NCBI RefSeq assembly: GCF_009914755.1
Contig: NC_060933.1
Reading direction: 5' to 3' (one strand)
Origin: the human T2T-CHM13v2.0 reference genome, Homo sapiens
Length of the DNA stretch: 64,000 bases
Position numbers and translations under genes: made by a program. The notes under the pieces are model-generated. The model made no database searches, had not been told where the DNA came from, and saw only the letters and a program-made list of their open reading frames with translations. Shown in pieces: positions 15,101 through 28,200 of the stretch. Numbering within the stretch: the first letter of the stretch is position 1; each line of letters begins with the position of its first letter.

Positions 15101-18100
15101 TCCATTCCATTCCATTCCAATCCATTCCATTCCACTCGGGTTGATTCCATTCCTTTCCATTCCATTCGGGTTGAAGCCATTCCATTCCATTCCATTCCTT
15201 TCGATTCCATTCCATTGCACTCGGGTTGATCCCATTCCATTGCATTCCATTCCATTCCATTGCATTCCATTCCGTTCCATTCCATTCCATTACATTCGGA
15301 TTGATTCTATTCAATTCCCTTACACTCCGTTACATTCCATTCCATTCGGTTTGTTTCCATTCTATTCCATTCCATTCCACTCCATTCCATTGCAATCGGG
15401 TTGATTCCATTCCATTCCATTCCATTCCATTCCATTCCGTATGATTCCATTCCATTGCATCCCTTCCATTCCATTTCCCTGCACTCGGGTGAATTCCATT
15501 CTATTCCATTCTATTCCTTTCCATTCCATTCCATTCCTTTCCATTGCATTCCATTCCATTGCATTCCAATCCATTCCATTCTATTCTATTCGGGTTAAAT
15601 TCATTCCATTCCATTCCATTCCATTCCATTCCATTCCATTGAAATCGAGTTGATTCCATTCCATTCCATTCCATTCCTTTCCATTCCATTCCATTCTATT
15701 CGGGTTAATTCCATTCCATTCCATTCCATTCCATTCCCTTCCATTCCATTCCATTCCATTCCATTATATTAGGGTTAATTCCATTCCATTCCATTCCATT
15801 CCATTCCATTCCATTCCATTCCATTCCAGTGCAATCGAGTTGATTCCATTCCATTCCATTCCATTCCATTCAATTCCGGATTATTCCATTCCATTGCCTT
15901 CCATTCCATTTCATTCCACTGCACTCGGGTTGATTCCATTCCATTCCATTCCATTCCATTCCATTCCATTCCATTCCATTCCATTTCATTTCGTTCCATT
16001 CCATTCTATTCCATTCCAATCCATTCCATTCCATTCCATTTCATTTCGTTCCATTCCATTCTCTTCCGGACCATTCCATAGCATTCCATTCCATGTTATT
16101 CCACTCCGGTTGATTCCATTCCTTTCCATTCCATTCGACTTGAATCCATTCCATTCCATTCCATTCCATTCGATTCCTTTCCATTGCACACGGGTCCATT
16201 CCATTCCATTCCATTCCATTCCATTCCATTCCATTCCATTCCATTTCGTTCCATTCCATTCTCTTCCGTACCATTCCATTCCATTCCATTCCACTCCATT
16301 CCATGCCATTCTGCTCGGGTTTATTCCATTCCTTTCCATTCCATTCGGGTTGAATCCATTCCATTCCTTTCCATTCCATTCAATTCCATTACATTGCACT
16401 CGGGTTGATTCCATTCCATTCCATTCCATTTCATTCCATTCCATTCCATTCCATTCCATTTCGTTTCATTCCAATCTCTTCCGTACCATTCCATTCCATT
16501 CCATTCCATTCCACTCCATTCCATGCCCTTCCACTTGGGTTTATTCCATTCCTTTCCATTCCATTCGGGTTGAATCCTTTCCATTCCGTTCAATTCCATT
16601 CAATTCCATTACATTGCACTCGAGTTGATTCCATTCCATTCCATTCCATTCCATGCCATTCCACTCGGGTTGATTCCATTCCTTTCCATTCCATTCGAGT
16701 TGAACCCATTCCATTCCATTCCATTCCATTCCATTCCATTCCATTGCACACGGGTTCATTCCATTCCATTCCATTCCATTCCACTCCATTCCATTCCATT
16801 TCGTTCCATTCCATTCTATTCCATACCATTCCTTTCAATTCCATTCCCTTCCATGCCATTTCACTCGGGTTTATTAAATTCTTTTCCATTCCATTCGTGT
16901 TGAATCCATTCCATTCCATTCCATTCCATTCCATTCCATTCCATTCCATTCCATTCGATTCCATTCCATTGCACTCGGGTTGATTCCATTCCATTCCATG
17001 CCATTCCATTTCATTCCATTCCATTCCGTTCCATTCCATTCCATTCCATTCAATTCAATTCCGTTCCATTCCATTACATTACATTCGGATTGATTCTTTT
17101 TAATTCCCTTACACTCCATTACATTCCATTCCATTCGGGTACTTTCCATTCCATTCCATTCCATTCCACTGCATTCTATTGCACTCGGGTTGATTGATTC
17201 CATTCCTTTGCATTCCATTCAATTCCATTCCATTCCGGATGATTCCATTCCATTGCATCCCATTCCATTCCATTCCCCTGCACTCGGGTTGATCCCATTC
17301 CATTGCATTCCATTCCATTCCATTCCATTCCATTGCATTCCATTCCGTTCCATTCCATTCCATTCCATTCTGTTCAGGTTAATTCCATTCCATTCCATTC
17401 CCTTCCCTTCCATTCCATTCCATTCCATTCCATTGCAATCGAGTTGATTCCATTGCATTCCATTCCATTCCATTGCATTGCATTCCATTCCATTCCATTC
17501 CCCTGTACTCAGAATGATTCCATTCCATTCCATTCCTTTCCATTCCGTTCCATTCCATTCCATTCCATTTTATTCGCGTTAATTCCATTCCATTCCATTC
17601 CATTCCATTCCGTATGATTCCATTCCATTGCATTTCATTCCATTCAATTCCCCAGCACTCGGGTGGATTCCATTCTATTCCATTCCATTCCATTCCATTC
17701 CATTCCGTTCCATTCCATTCCATTATATTCGGATTGAATCTATTCAATTCCCTTACACTCCATTACCTTCCATTCCATTCGGGTTGTTTCCATTCCATTC
17801 TATTCCATTCCACTCCATTCCATTGCAATCGGGTTGATTCCATTCCATTCCATTCCATTCCATTCCATTCCGTATTATTCCATTCCATTGCATTCCATTC
17901 CAGTCCATTCCACTGCACTCGGGTGGATTCCATTCTATTCCATTCCATTCCATTCCATTCCATTCCATTCCATTCCATTCCATTCCATTCTATTCGGGTT
18001 AATTTCATTCCATTCCATTTTGTTCCATTCCATTCTATTCCGTACCATTCCATTCCATTCCATTCCATTCCATTCCATTCCATTCCACTCCATGCCATTC

Positions 18101-21100
18101 CACTCGGGTTAATTCCATTCCTTTCCATTAAATTCGTGTTGAATCCATTCCATTCGATTCCATTTCATTCGATTCCATTCCTTTGCACTGGGGTCCATTC
18201 CATTCCATTCCATTCCATTCCATTCCATTCCATTGTACTAGGTTTGATTCCATTCCACTGCATTCCATTCCATTCCATTCCATTCCGTTCCATTCCATTC
18301 CATTACATTCGGATTGGTTGTATTCAATTCCCTTACACTCTATTTCATTCCATTCCATTCGGGTTGTTTCCATTGCATTCCATTCCATTCCACTCCATTC
18401 CATTGCACTCGGGTTCATTCCATTCCATTCCATTCCATTGCATTCCATTTCGTTCCATTCCATTCTATTCCGTACCATTCCATTCCATTCCATTCCATGC
18501 CATTCCACTCGGGTTGATTCCATTCCTTTCCATTCCATTTGGGTTGAATCCAATCCATTCCATTCCATTCCGTTCCATTCCATTCCATTCCATTCCATTC
18601 CATTCCATTCCATTCTATTCCATTGCACACGGGTTGATTCCATTGTATTCCATTCCGTTCCATTCCGGATGACTCCATTCCATTGCCTTCCATTCCATTC
18701 CATTCCCCTGCACTCGGGTTGATTCCATTCCATTCCATGCCATTCCATTCCATTCCATTCCATTCCATTCCATTCCATTCCATTCCATTGAAGTCCTTTC
18801 CATTCCATTCCACTCGTGTTGATTCCATTTTATTAGTTTCCATTCCATTCCATTCCCTTCCATTCCACTCTGGTTGATTCCATTCCTTTCCATTCCACTC
18901 GAATTCATTCCCTTCTATTCCATTCGGAATGATTCCATTGCATTCCGTTCCATTCCATTCCATTCCATTCCATTTCGTTCCATTGCATTCTATTCCGTAC
19001 CATTCCATTCCATTCCATTCCATGCCATTCCACTCCGGTTGATTCCATTGTTTTCCATTCCATTTGGGTTGAATCCATTCCATTCCATTCCATTCCATTC
19101 CATTCCATTCCATTCCATTCCATTGCACTAGGTTTGATTTCATTCCACTGCATTCCATTCCATTCCATTCCATTCCATTCCATTCCATTCCGTTCCATTC
19201 AATTCCATTACATTCGGATTGATTGTATTCAATTCCCTTACAATCCATTACATTCCATTCCATTCGGGTTATTTCCATTCCATTCCATTCCATTCCATTC
19301 CATTCCATTGCACTCGGGTTGATTCCATTCCATTCAATTCCATTCCATTCCATTTCGTTCCATTCCAGTCTATTCCGTACTATTCCATTCCATTCCATTC
19401 CAGTCCATTCCATTCCTTTCCGTATGATTCCATTCCATTGCATTCCATTCCATTCCATTCCCTTGCACTCGGGTGGATTCCATTCTATTCCATTCCATTC
19501 CATTCCATTCCATTCCGTTCCATTCCATTCCATTATATTCGGATTGAATCTATTCAATTCCCTTACACTCCATTACCTTCCATTCCATTCGGGTTGTTTC
19601 CATTCCATTCTATTCCATTCCACTCCATTCCATTGCAATCGGGTTGATTCCATTCCATTCCATTCCATTCCATTCCGTATGATTCCATTCCATTGCATTC
19701 CATTCCAGTTCATTCCACTGCACTCGGGTGGATTCCATTCTATTCCATTCCATTCCATTCCATTCCATTCCATTCCATTCCATTCCATTCCATTCTATTC
19801 GGGTTAATTTCATTCCATTCCATTTTGTTCCATTCCATTCTATTCCGTACCATTCCATTCCATTCCATTCCATTCCATTCCATTCCATTCCATTCCATTC
19901 CATTCTATTCCATGCCATTCCACTCGGGTTAATTCCATTCCTTTCCATTAAATTCGTGTTGAATCCATTCCATTCGATTCCATTTCATTCGATTCCATTC
20001 CATTGCACTGGGGTCCATTCCATTCCATTCCATTCCATTCCATTGTACTAGGTTTGATTCCATTCCACTGCATTCCATTCCATTCCATTCCATTCCGTTC
20101 CATTCCATTCCATTACATTCGGATTGGTTGTATTCAATTCCCTTACACTCTATTTCATTCCATTCCATTCGGGTTGTTTCCATTCCATTCCATTCCATTC
20201 CACTCCATTCCATTGCACTCGGGTTCATTCCATTCCATTCCATTCCATTGCATTCCATTTCGTTCCATTCCATTCTATTCCGTACCATTCCATTCCATTC
20301 CATTCCATGCCATTCCACTCGGGTTGATTCCATTCCTTTCCATTCCATTTGGGTTGAATCCAATCCATTCCATTCCATTCCGTTCCATTCCATTCCATTC
20401 CATTCCATTCCATTCCATTCTATTCCATTGCACACGGGTTGATTCCATTGTATTCCATTCCGTTCCATTCCGGATGACTCCATTCCATTGCCTTCCATTC
20501 CATTCCATTCCCCTGCACTCGGGTTGATTCCATTCCATTCCATGCCATTCCATTCCATTCCATTCCATTCCATTCCATTGAAGTCCTTTCCATTCCATTC
20601 CACTCGTGTTGATTCCATTTTATTAGTTTCCATTCCATTCCATTCCCTTCCATTCCACTCTGGTTGATTCCATTCCTTTCCATTCCACTCGAATTCATTC
20701 CCTTCTATTCCATTCGGAATGATTCCATTGCATTCCGTTCCATTCCATTCCATTCCATTCCTTTTCGTTCCATTGCATTCTATTCCGTACCATTCCATTC
20801 CATTCCATTCCATGTCATTCCACTCCGGTTGATTCCATTGTTTTCCATTCCATTTGGGTTGAATCCATTCCATTCCATTCCATTCCATTCCATTCCATTC
20901 CATTCCATTGCACTAGGTTTGATTTCATTCCACTGCATTCCATTCCATTCCATTCCGTTCCATTCAATTCCATTACATTCGGATTGATTGTATTCAATTC
21001 CCTTACACTCCATTACATTCCATTCCATTCGGGTTATTTCCATTCCATTCCATTCTATTCCATTCCATTCCATTGCACTCGGGTTGATTCCATTCCATTC

Positions 21101-24100
21101 AATTCCATTCCATTCCATTTCGTTCCATTCCAGTCTATTCCGTACCATTCCATTCCATTCCATTCCATTCCAGTCCATTCCATTCCTTTCCGTATGATTC
21201 CATTCCATTGCATTCCATTCCATTCCATTCCCTTGCACTCGGGTGGATTCCATTCTATTCCATTCCATTCCATTCCATTCCATTCCATTCCATTCCATTC
21301 CATTCTATTCGGGTTAATTTGATTCCATTCCATTCCATTGCATTCCATTCCATTCCATTCCACTGCACTCGGGTTGATTCCATTCCATTCCATTCCATTC
21401 CATTCCATTCCATTCCATTCCATTTCATTTCGTTCCATTCCATTCTATTCCATTCCAATCCATTACATTCCTTTCCATTTCATTTCGTTCCATTCCATTC
21501 TCTTCCGGACCATTCCATTCCATTCCATTCCATGCCATTCCACTCCGGTTGATTCCATTCCTTTCCATTCCATTCGACTTGAATCCATTCCATTCCATTC
21601 CATTCCATTCCATTCCATTCCATTCCATTCCTTTCCATTGCACACGTGTTCATTCCATTCCATTCCATTCCATTCCATTCCATTTCGTTCCATTCCATTC
21701 TCTTCCGTACCATTCCATTCCATTCCATTCCATTCCATTCCACTCCATTCCATGCCATTCCGCTCGGGTTTATTCCATTCCTTTCCATTCCATTCGGGTT
21801 GAATCCATTCCATTCCATTCCATTCCATTCAATTCCATTACATTGCACTCGGGTTGATTCCATTCCATTCCATTCCATTCCATTCCATTCCATTTCGTTT
21901 CATTCCATTCTCTTCCGTACCATTCCATTCCATTCCATTCCATTCCACTCCATTCCATGCCATTTCACTCGGGTTTATTCCATTCCTTTCCATTCCATTC
22001 GGGTTGAATCCTTTCCATTCCGTTCAATTCCATTCAATTCCATTACATTGCACTCGAGTTGATTCCATTCCATTCCATTCCATTCCATTTCATTACATTG
22101 CATTCCATTCCATTCCATTCCATGCTATTGCACTCGGGTTGATTCCATTCCTTTCCATTCCATTCGAGTTGAACCCATTCCATTCCATTCCATTCCATTC
22201 AATTGCACACGGGTTCATTCCATTCCATTCCATTCCATTCCATTCCATTTCGTTCCATTCCATTCTGTTCCGTACCATTCCTTTCCATTCCATTCCCTTC
22301 CATGCCATTTCACTCGGGTTTATTCCATTCCTTTCCATTCCATTCGGGTTGAATCCATTCCATTCCATTCCATTCCATTCCATTCCATTCCATTGCACTC
22401 GGGTTGATTCCATTCCATTCCATGCCATTCCATTTCATTCCATTCCATTCCGTTCCATTCCATTCCATTCAATTCAATTCAATTCCGTTCCATTCCATTC
22501 CATTACATTCGGATTGATTCTTTTTAATTGCCTTACACTCCATTACATTCCATTCCATTTGGGTACTTTCCATTCCATTCCATTCCATTCCACTGCATTA
22601 TATTGCACTCGGGTTGATTGATTCTATTCCTTTGCATTCCATTCAATTCCATTCCATTCCGGATGATTCCATTCCATTACATTCCATTGCATTCCATTCC
22701 CCTGCACGCGGGTTGATCCCATTCCATTGCATTCCATTCCATTCCATTCCATTCCATTGCATTCCATTTCGTTCCATTCCATTCCATTCCATTCCATTCT
22801 GTTCAGGTTAATTCAATTCCATTCCATTCCCTTCCATTCCATTCCATTCCATTCCATTCCATTGCAATCGAGTTGATTCCATTGCATTCCATTCCATTCC
22901 ATTGCATTGCATTCCATTCCATTCCAATCCCCTGTACTCAGAATGATTCCATTCAATTCCATTCCATTCCATTCCGTTCCATTCCATTCCATTCCATTCC
23001 ATTCCATTCCGTATGATTCCATTCCATTGCATTCCATTCCATTCAATTCCCCTGCACTCGGGTGGATTCCATTCTATTCCATTCCATTCCATTCCATTCC
23101 ATTCCATTCCATTACGTTCCATTCCATTCCATTACATTCGGATTGAATCTATTCAATTCCCTTACACTCCATTACCTTCCATTCCATTCGGGTTGTTTCC
23201 ATTCCATTCCATTCCATTCCACTCCATTCCATTGCAATCGGGTTGATTCCATTCCATTCCATTCCATTCCATTCCGTATGATTCCATTCCATTGCATTCC
23301 ATTCCAGTCCGTTCCACTGCACTCGGGTGGATTCCATTCTATTCCATTCCATTCCATTCCATTCCATTCCATTCCATTCCATTGAAGTCCTTTCCATTCC
23401 ATTCCACTCGTGTTGATTCCATTTTATTAGTTTCCATTCCATTCCATTCCCTTCCATTCCACTCTGGTTGATTCCATTCCTTTCCATTCCACTCGAATTC
23501 ATTCCCTTCTATTCCTTTCGGAATGATTCCATTGCATTCCGTTCCATTCCATTCCATTCCATTCCATTTCGTTCCATTGCATTCTATTCCGTACCATTCC
23601 ATTCCATTCCATTCCATGCCATTCCACTCCGGTTGATTCCATTGTTTTCCATTCCATTTGGGTTGAATCCATTCCATTCCATTCCATTCCATTCCATTCC
23701 ATTCCATTCCATTCCATTCCATTGCACTAGGTTTGATTTCATTCCACTGCATTCCATTCCATTCCATTCCATTCCATTCCATTCCATTCCGTTCCATTCA
23801 ATTCCATTACATTCGGATTGATTGTATTCAATTCCCTTACACTCCATTACATTCCATTCCATTCGGGTTATTTCCATTCCATTCCATTCCATTCCATTCC
23901 ATTGCACTCGGGTTGATTCCATTCCATTCAATTCCATTCCATTCCATTTCGTTCCATTCCAGTCTATTCCGTACCATTCCATTCCATTCCATTCCAGTCC
24001 ATTCCATTCCTTTCCGTATGATTCCATTCCATTGCATTCCATTCCATTCCCTTGCACTCGGGTGGATTCCATTCTATTCCATTCCATTCCATTCCATTCC

Positions 24101-25250
24101 ATTCCATTCCATTCCATTCCATTCCATTCCATTCCATTCTATTCGGGTTAATTTGATTCCATTCCATTCCATTCCGTTCCATTCCATTCCATTCCATTCA
24201 GATTGATTCTATTCAATTCCCTTACACTCCATTACATTACATTCCATTCGTGTTGTTTCCATTCCATTCCATTGCAATCCATTCCATTACATTCCATTCT
24301 ATTCGGGTTAATTCCATTCCATTCCATTCCCTTGCATTCCATTCCATTGCATTCCATTCCATTCTATTCGGGTTAATTCCTTTCCATTCCATTCGATTGC
24401 ATTCCATTCCATTCCATTCCGTATGATTCCATTCCATTGCATTCCATTCCATTCCATTCCCCTGCACTCGTGTGGATTCCATTCTATTCCATTCCATTCC
24501 ATTCCCTTACATTCCATTCCATTCCATTCCATTCCATTCCATTCCATTCCATTTCATTCCATTCCATTCTATTCGGGTTAATTTGATTCCATTCCATTCC
24601 ATTCCATTCCGTTCCATTCCATTCCATTCCATTCGGATTGATTCTATTCAATTCCCTTACACTCAATTACATTCCATTCCATTCGTGTTGTTTCCATTCC
24701 ATTCCATTCCATTCCATTCCATTACATTACATTACATTCTATTCGGGTTAATTCCATTCAATTCCATTCCCTTCCATTCCATTCCATTGCATTCCATTCC
24801 ATTCCATTCCATTATATTCGGGTTAATTCCATTCCATTGCATTCCATTCCATTCCATTCCATTCCATTCCATTCCATTCCATTCCATTCCATTTCAATCG
24901 TGTTGATTCGATTGCATTCCATTCCATTCCATTCCATTCCATTCCATTCCATTCCATTCCAGATGATTCCATTCCATTGCCTTCCATTCCATTCCATTCC
25001 CCTGCACTCGGGTGAATTCCATTCTATTCCATTCCATTCCATTCCATTCCATTCCTTTCCATTGAAATCGAGTTGATTCCATTCCATTTCATTCCATTCC
25101 ATACCATTCCATTCCATTCCGTTCCATTCCGGATGATTCCATTCCAGTGCATACCATTCCATTAAGTTCCCCTGCACTCGGCTTTATTCCATTCCATTCC
25201 ATTCCATTCCATTCCATTCCATTCTATTCCGTACCATTCCATTCCATTCC
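12110..25250 (+). repeat. Large tandem segmental unit, copy A (~13.1 kb)
   Basis: Collinear with 25260-37160. Landmark offsets: 13016/25997, 14903/28004, 16405/29911, 17190/30681, 23468/35435, 24237/36189. Confidence 0.88.
17655..21240 (+). repeat. ~1.8 kb direct tandem duplication (17655-19465 / 19465-21240)
   Basis: CATTATATTCGGATTGAATC at 17721 and 19531 (1810 apart). Identical ORF MVVFNSLTLYF at 18314 and 20124. Confidence 0.9.
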
Positions 25251-25259
25251 ATTCCATTC

Positions 25260-28200
25260 CATTCTATTCGGGTTAATTCCATTCCATTCCATTCCATTCC
25301 ATTCCATTCCATTCCATTCCATAGCAATCGAGTTGATTCCATTCCATTCCATTCCATTCCGCATGATTCCGTTCCATTGCCTTCCATTCCATTCCATTCC
25401 CCTGCACCCGGGTTGATTCCATTCCATTCCATTCCATTCCATTCCATTCCTTTCCATTCCATTCCATTCCATTCCCTTCCATTCCTTTCCATTCTATTCG
25501 TGTTAATAACATTCCATTCCATTCCATTCCGTTTCATTGCAATCGAGTTGATTCCATTCCATTCCATTCCATTGTATTCTATTCCATTCCATTCCATTGC
25601 ATTCCATTCCATTCCATTCCATTGCATTCCACTCGTTTTGATCCAATTGCTTTCCATTCCATTCGGGTTGAAGCCATTCCAATCCATTCCATTCCTTTCG
25701 ATTCAATTCCATTGCACTCGGGTTGATCCCATTCCATTGCATTCCATTCCATTCCATTGCATTCCATTCCGTTCCATTCCATTCCATTACATTCGGATTG
25801 ATTCTATTCAATTCCCTTACACTCCATTCCATTCCATTCCATTCGGGTTGTTTCCATTCCATTCCATTCCATTCCATTGCACTAGGGTTGATTCCATTGT
25901 ATTAAATTCCATTCCATTCCATTTCGTTCCATTCCATTCTATTCCGTAACATTCCATTCCATTCCATACATTCCATTCCATGCCATTCCAGTCGGGTTGA
26001 TTCCATGCCTTTCCATTCCATTGGGGTTGAATCCATTCCATTCCATTCCATTCCATTCCATTCTGTATGATTCCATTCCATTGCATTCCATTCCATTCCA
26101 TACCCCTGCACTCGGGTGGATTCCATTCTATTCCATTGCATTCCATTCCATTCCATTCCATTCCATTCCATTCTATTCCATTCCATTCCATTGCAATCGA
26201 GTTGATTGCATTCCATTCCATTCCATTCCATTTCGTTCCATTCCATTCTATTCCATACCATTCCATTCCATTCCATTCCATTCCATTCCATTCCATTCCA
26301 TTCCATGCCATTCCACTCGGGTTGATTCCATTCCTTTCCATTCCATTCGAGTTGAATCCATTCCATTCCATTCCATTCCATTCGATTCCATTCCATTGCA
26401 CACGGGTTCATTCCATTCCATTCCATTCCATTCCATTCCATTCCATTTCGTTCCATTCCATTCTATTCTGTACCATTCTATTCCAGTCCATTCCACTCCA
26501 TTCCATGGCATTCCACTCGGGTTTATTCCATTCCTTTTCATTCCATTCGTGTTGAATCCATTCCATTCCATTCCATTCCCTTCGATTCCATTACATTGCA
26601 CTCGGGATGATTCCATTCCATTCCACTCCATTCCATTCCATTTCATTCCATTCCATTCCATTGCACACGGGTTCATTCCATGCCATTCCATTCCATTCCA
26701 TTCCATTCCATTCCATTCCATTCCATTTTGCTCGATTCCATTCTATTCCGTACCATTCCATTGCATTCCATTCCATTCCATTCCATTCCATTCCATGCCA
26801 TTCCACTCGGGTTGATTCCATTCCTTTCCATTCCATTCGGGTTGAATCCATTCCATTCCATTCCATTCCTTTCCATTCCATTGCACACGGTTTGATTCCA
26901 TTCCATTCCATTCCGTTCCATTCCGGAGACTCCATTCCATTGCATTCAATTCCATTCCATTCCCCTGCACTCGGGTTAATTCCATTCCATTCCATTCCAT
27001 TCCATTTCATTCCATTCCATTCCATTCCATTCCATTCCATTCCATTCCATTCCATTCCGTTCTATTCCATTCCATTACATTCGGATTGATTCTTTTTAAT
27101 TCCCTTACACTCCATTACATTCCATTCCATTCGGGAAGTTTCCATTTCATTCCATTCCATTCCATTCCATTCTATTCCATACCATTCCATTCCATTCCAC
27201 TCAATTCCACTCCATTCCATGCCATTGCACTCGGGTTGATTCCATTCCTTTCTATTCCATTCGGGTTGAAGCCATTCCATTCCATTCCATTCCTTTCGAT
27301 TCCATTCCATTGCACTCGGGTGGACCCCATTCCATTCCATTCCATTCCATTCCATTACATTCCATTCCGTTCCATTCCATTCTATTACATTCGGATTGAT
27401 TCTATTCAATTCCCTTACACTCCATTACATTCTATTCCACTCGGGTTGTTTCCTTTCCATTCCATTCCATTCCATTTCACTCCATTCCATTGCAATCGGG
27501 TTGATTCCATTCCATTCCATTCCATTCCATTCCGTATGATTCCATTCCATTCCATTCCATTCCATTCCATTCCCCTGCACTCGGGTTGTTTACATTCCAT
27601 TCCATTCCATTTCCATTCCGTTCCATTCCATTCCATTCCATTCTGTTCAGGTTAATTCCATTCCATTCCATTCCCTTCCATTTCATTCCATTCCATTGCA
27701 TTCCATTACAATCGAGTTGATTCCATTCCATTCCATTCCATTGCATTCCATTCCATTCCATTCCCCTGCACTCAGGTTGATTCCATTCCATTCCATTCCA
27801 TTCCATTCCATTCCGTTCCGTTCCATTCCACTCCATTCCATTCTATTCGCATTAATTCCATTCCATTCCATTCCATTACATTCCACTGCAATTGAGTTGA
27901 TTCCATTGCATTCCATTCCATTCCATTCCATTTCGTTCCATTCCATTCTATTCCGTACCATTCCATTCCATTCCATTCCGTTACAATCCATGCCATTCCA
28001 CTCGTGTTGATTCCATTCCTTTCCATTCCTTTCGAGTTGAATGCATTCCATTCCATTCCATTCCATTCGATTCCATTCCATTGCACACGGGTTCATTCCA
28101 TTCCATTCCATTCCATTCCATTCCATTACATTCCATTCCCTTGCACTATGTTTGATTCCATTCCACTGCAGTCCATTCCATTCCATTCCATTCCATTCCA

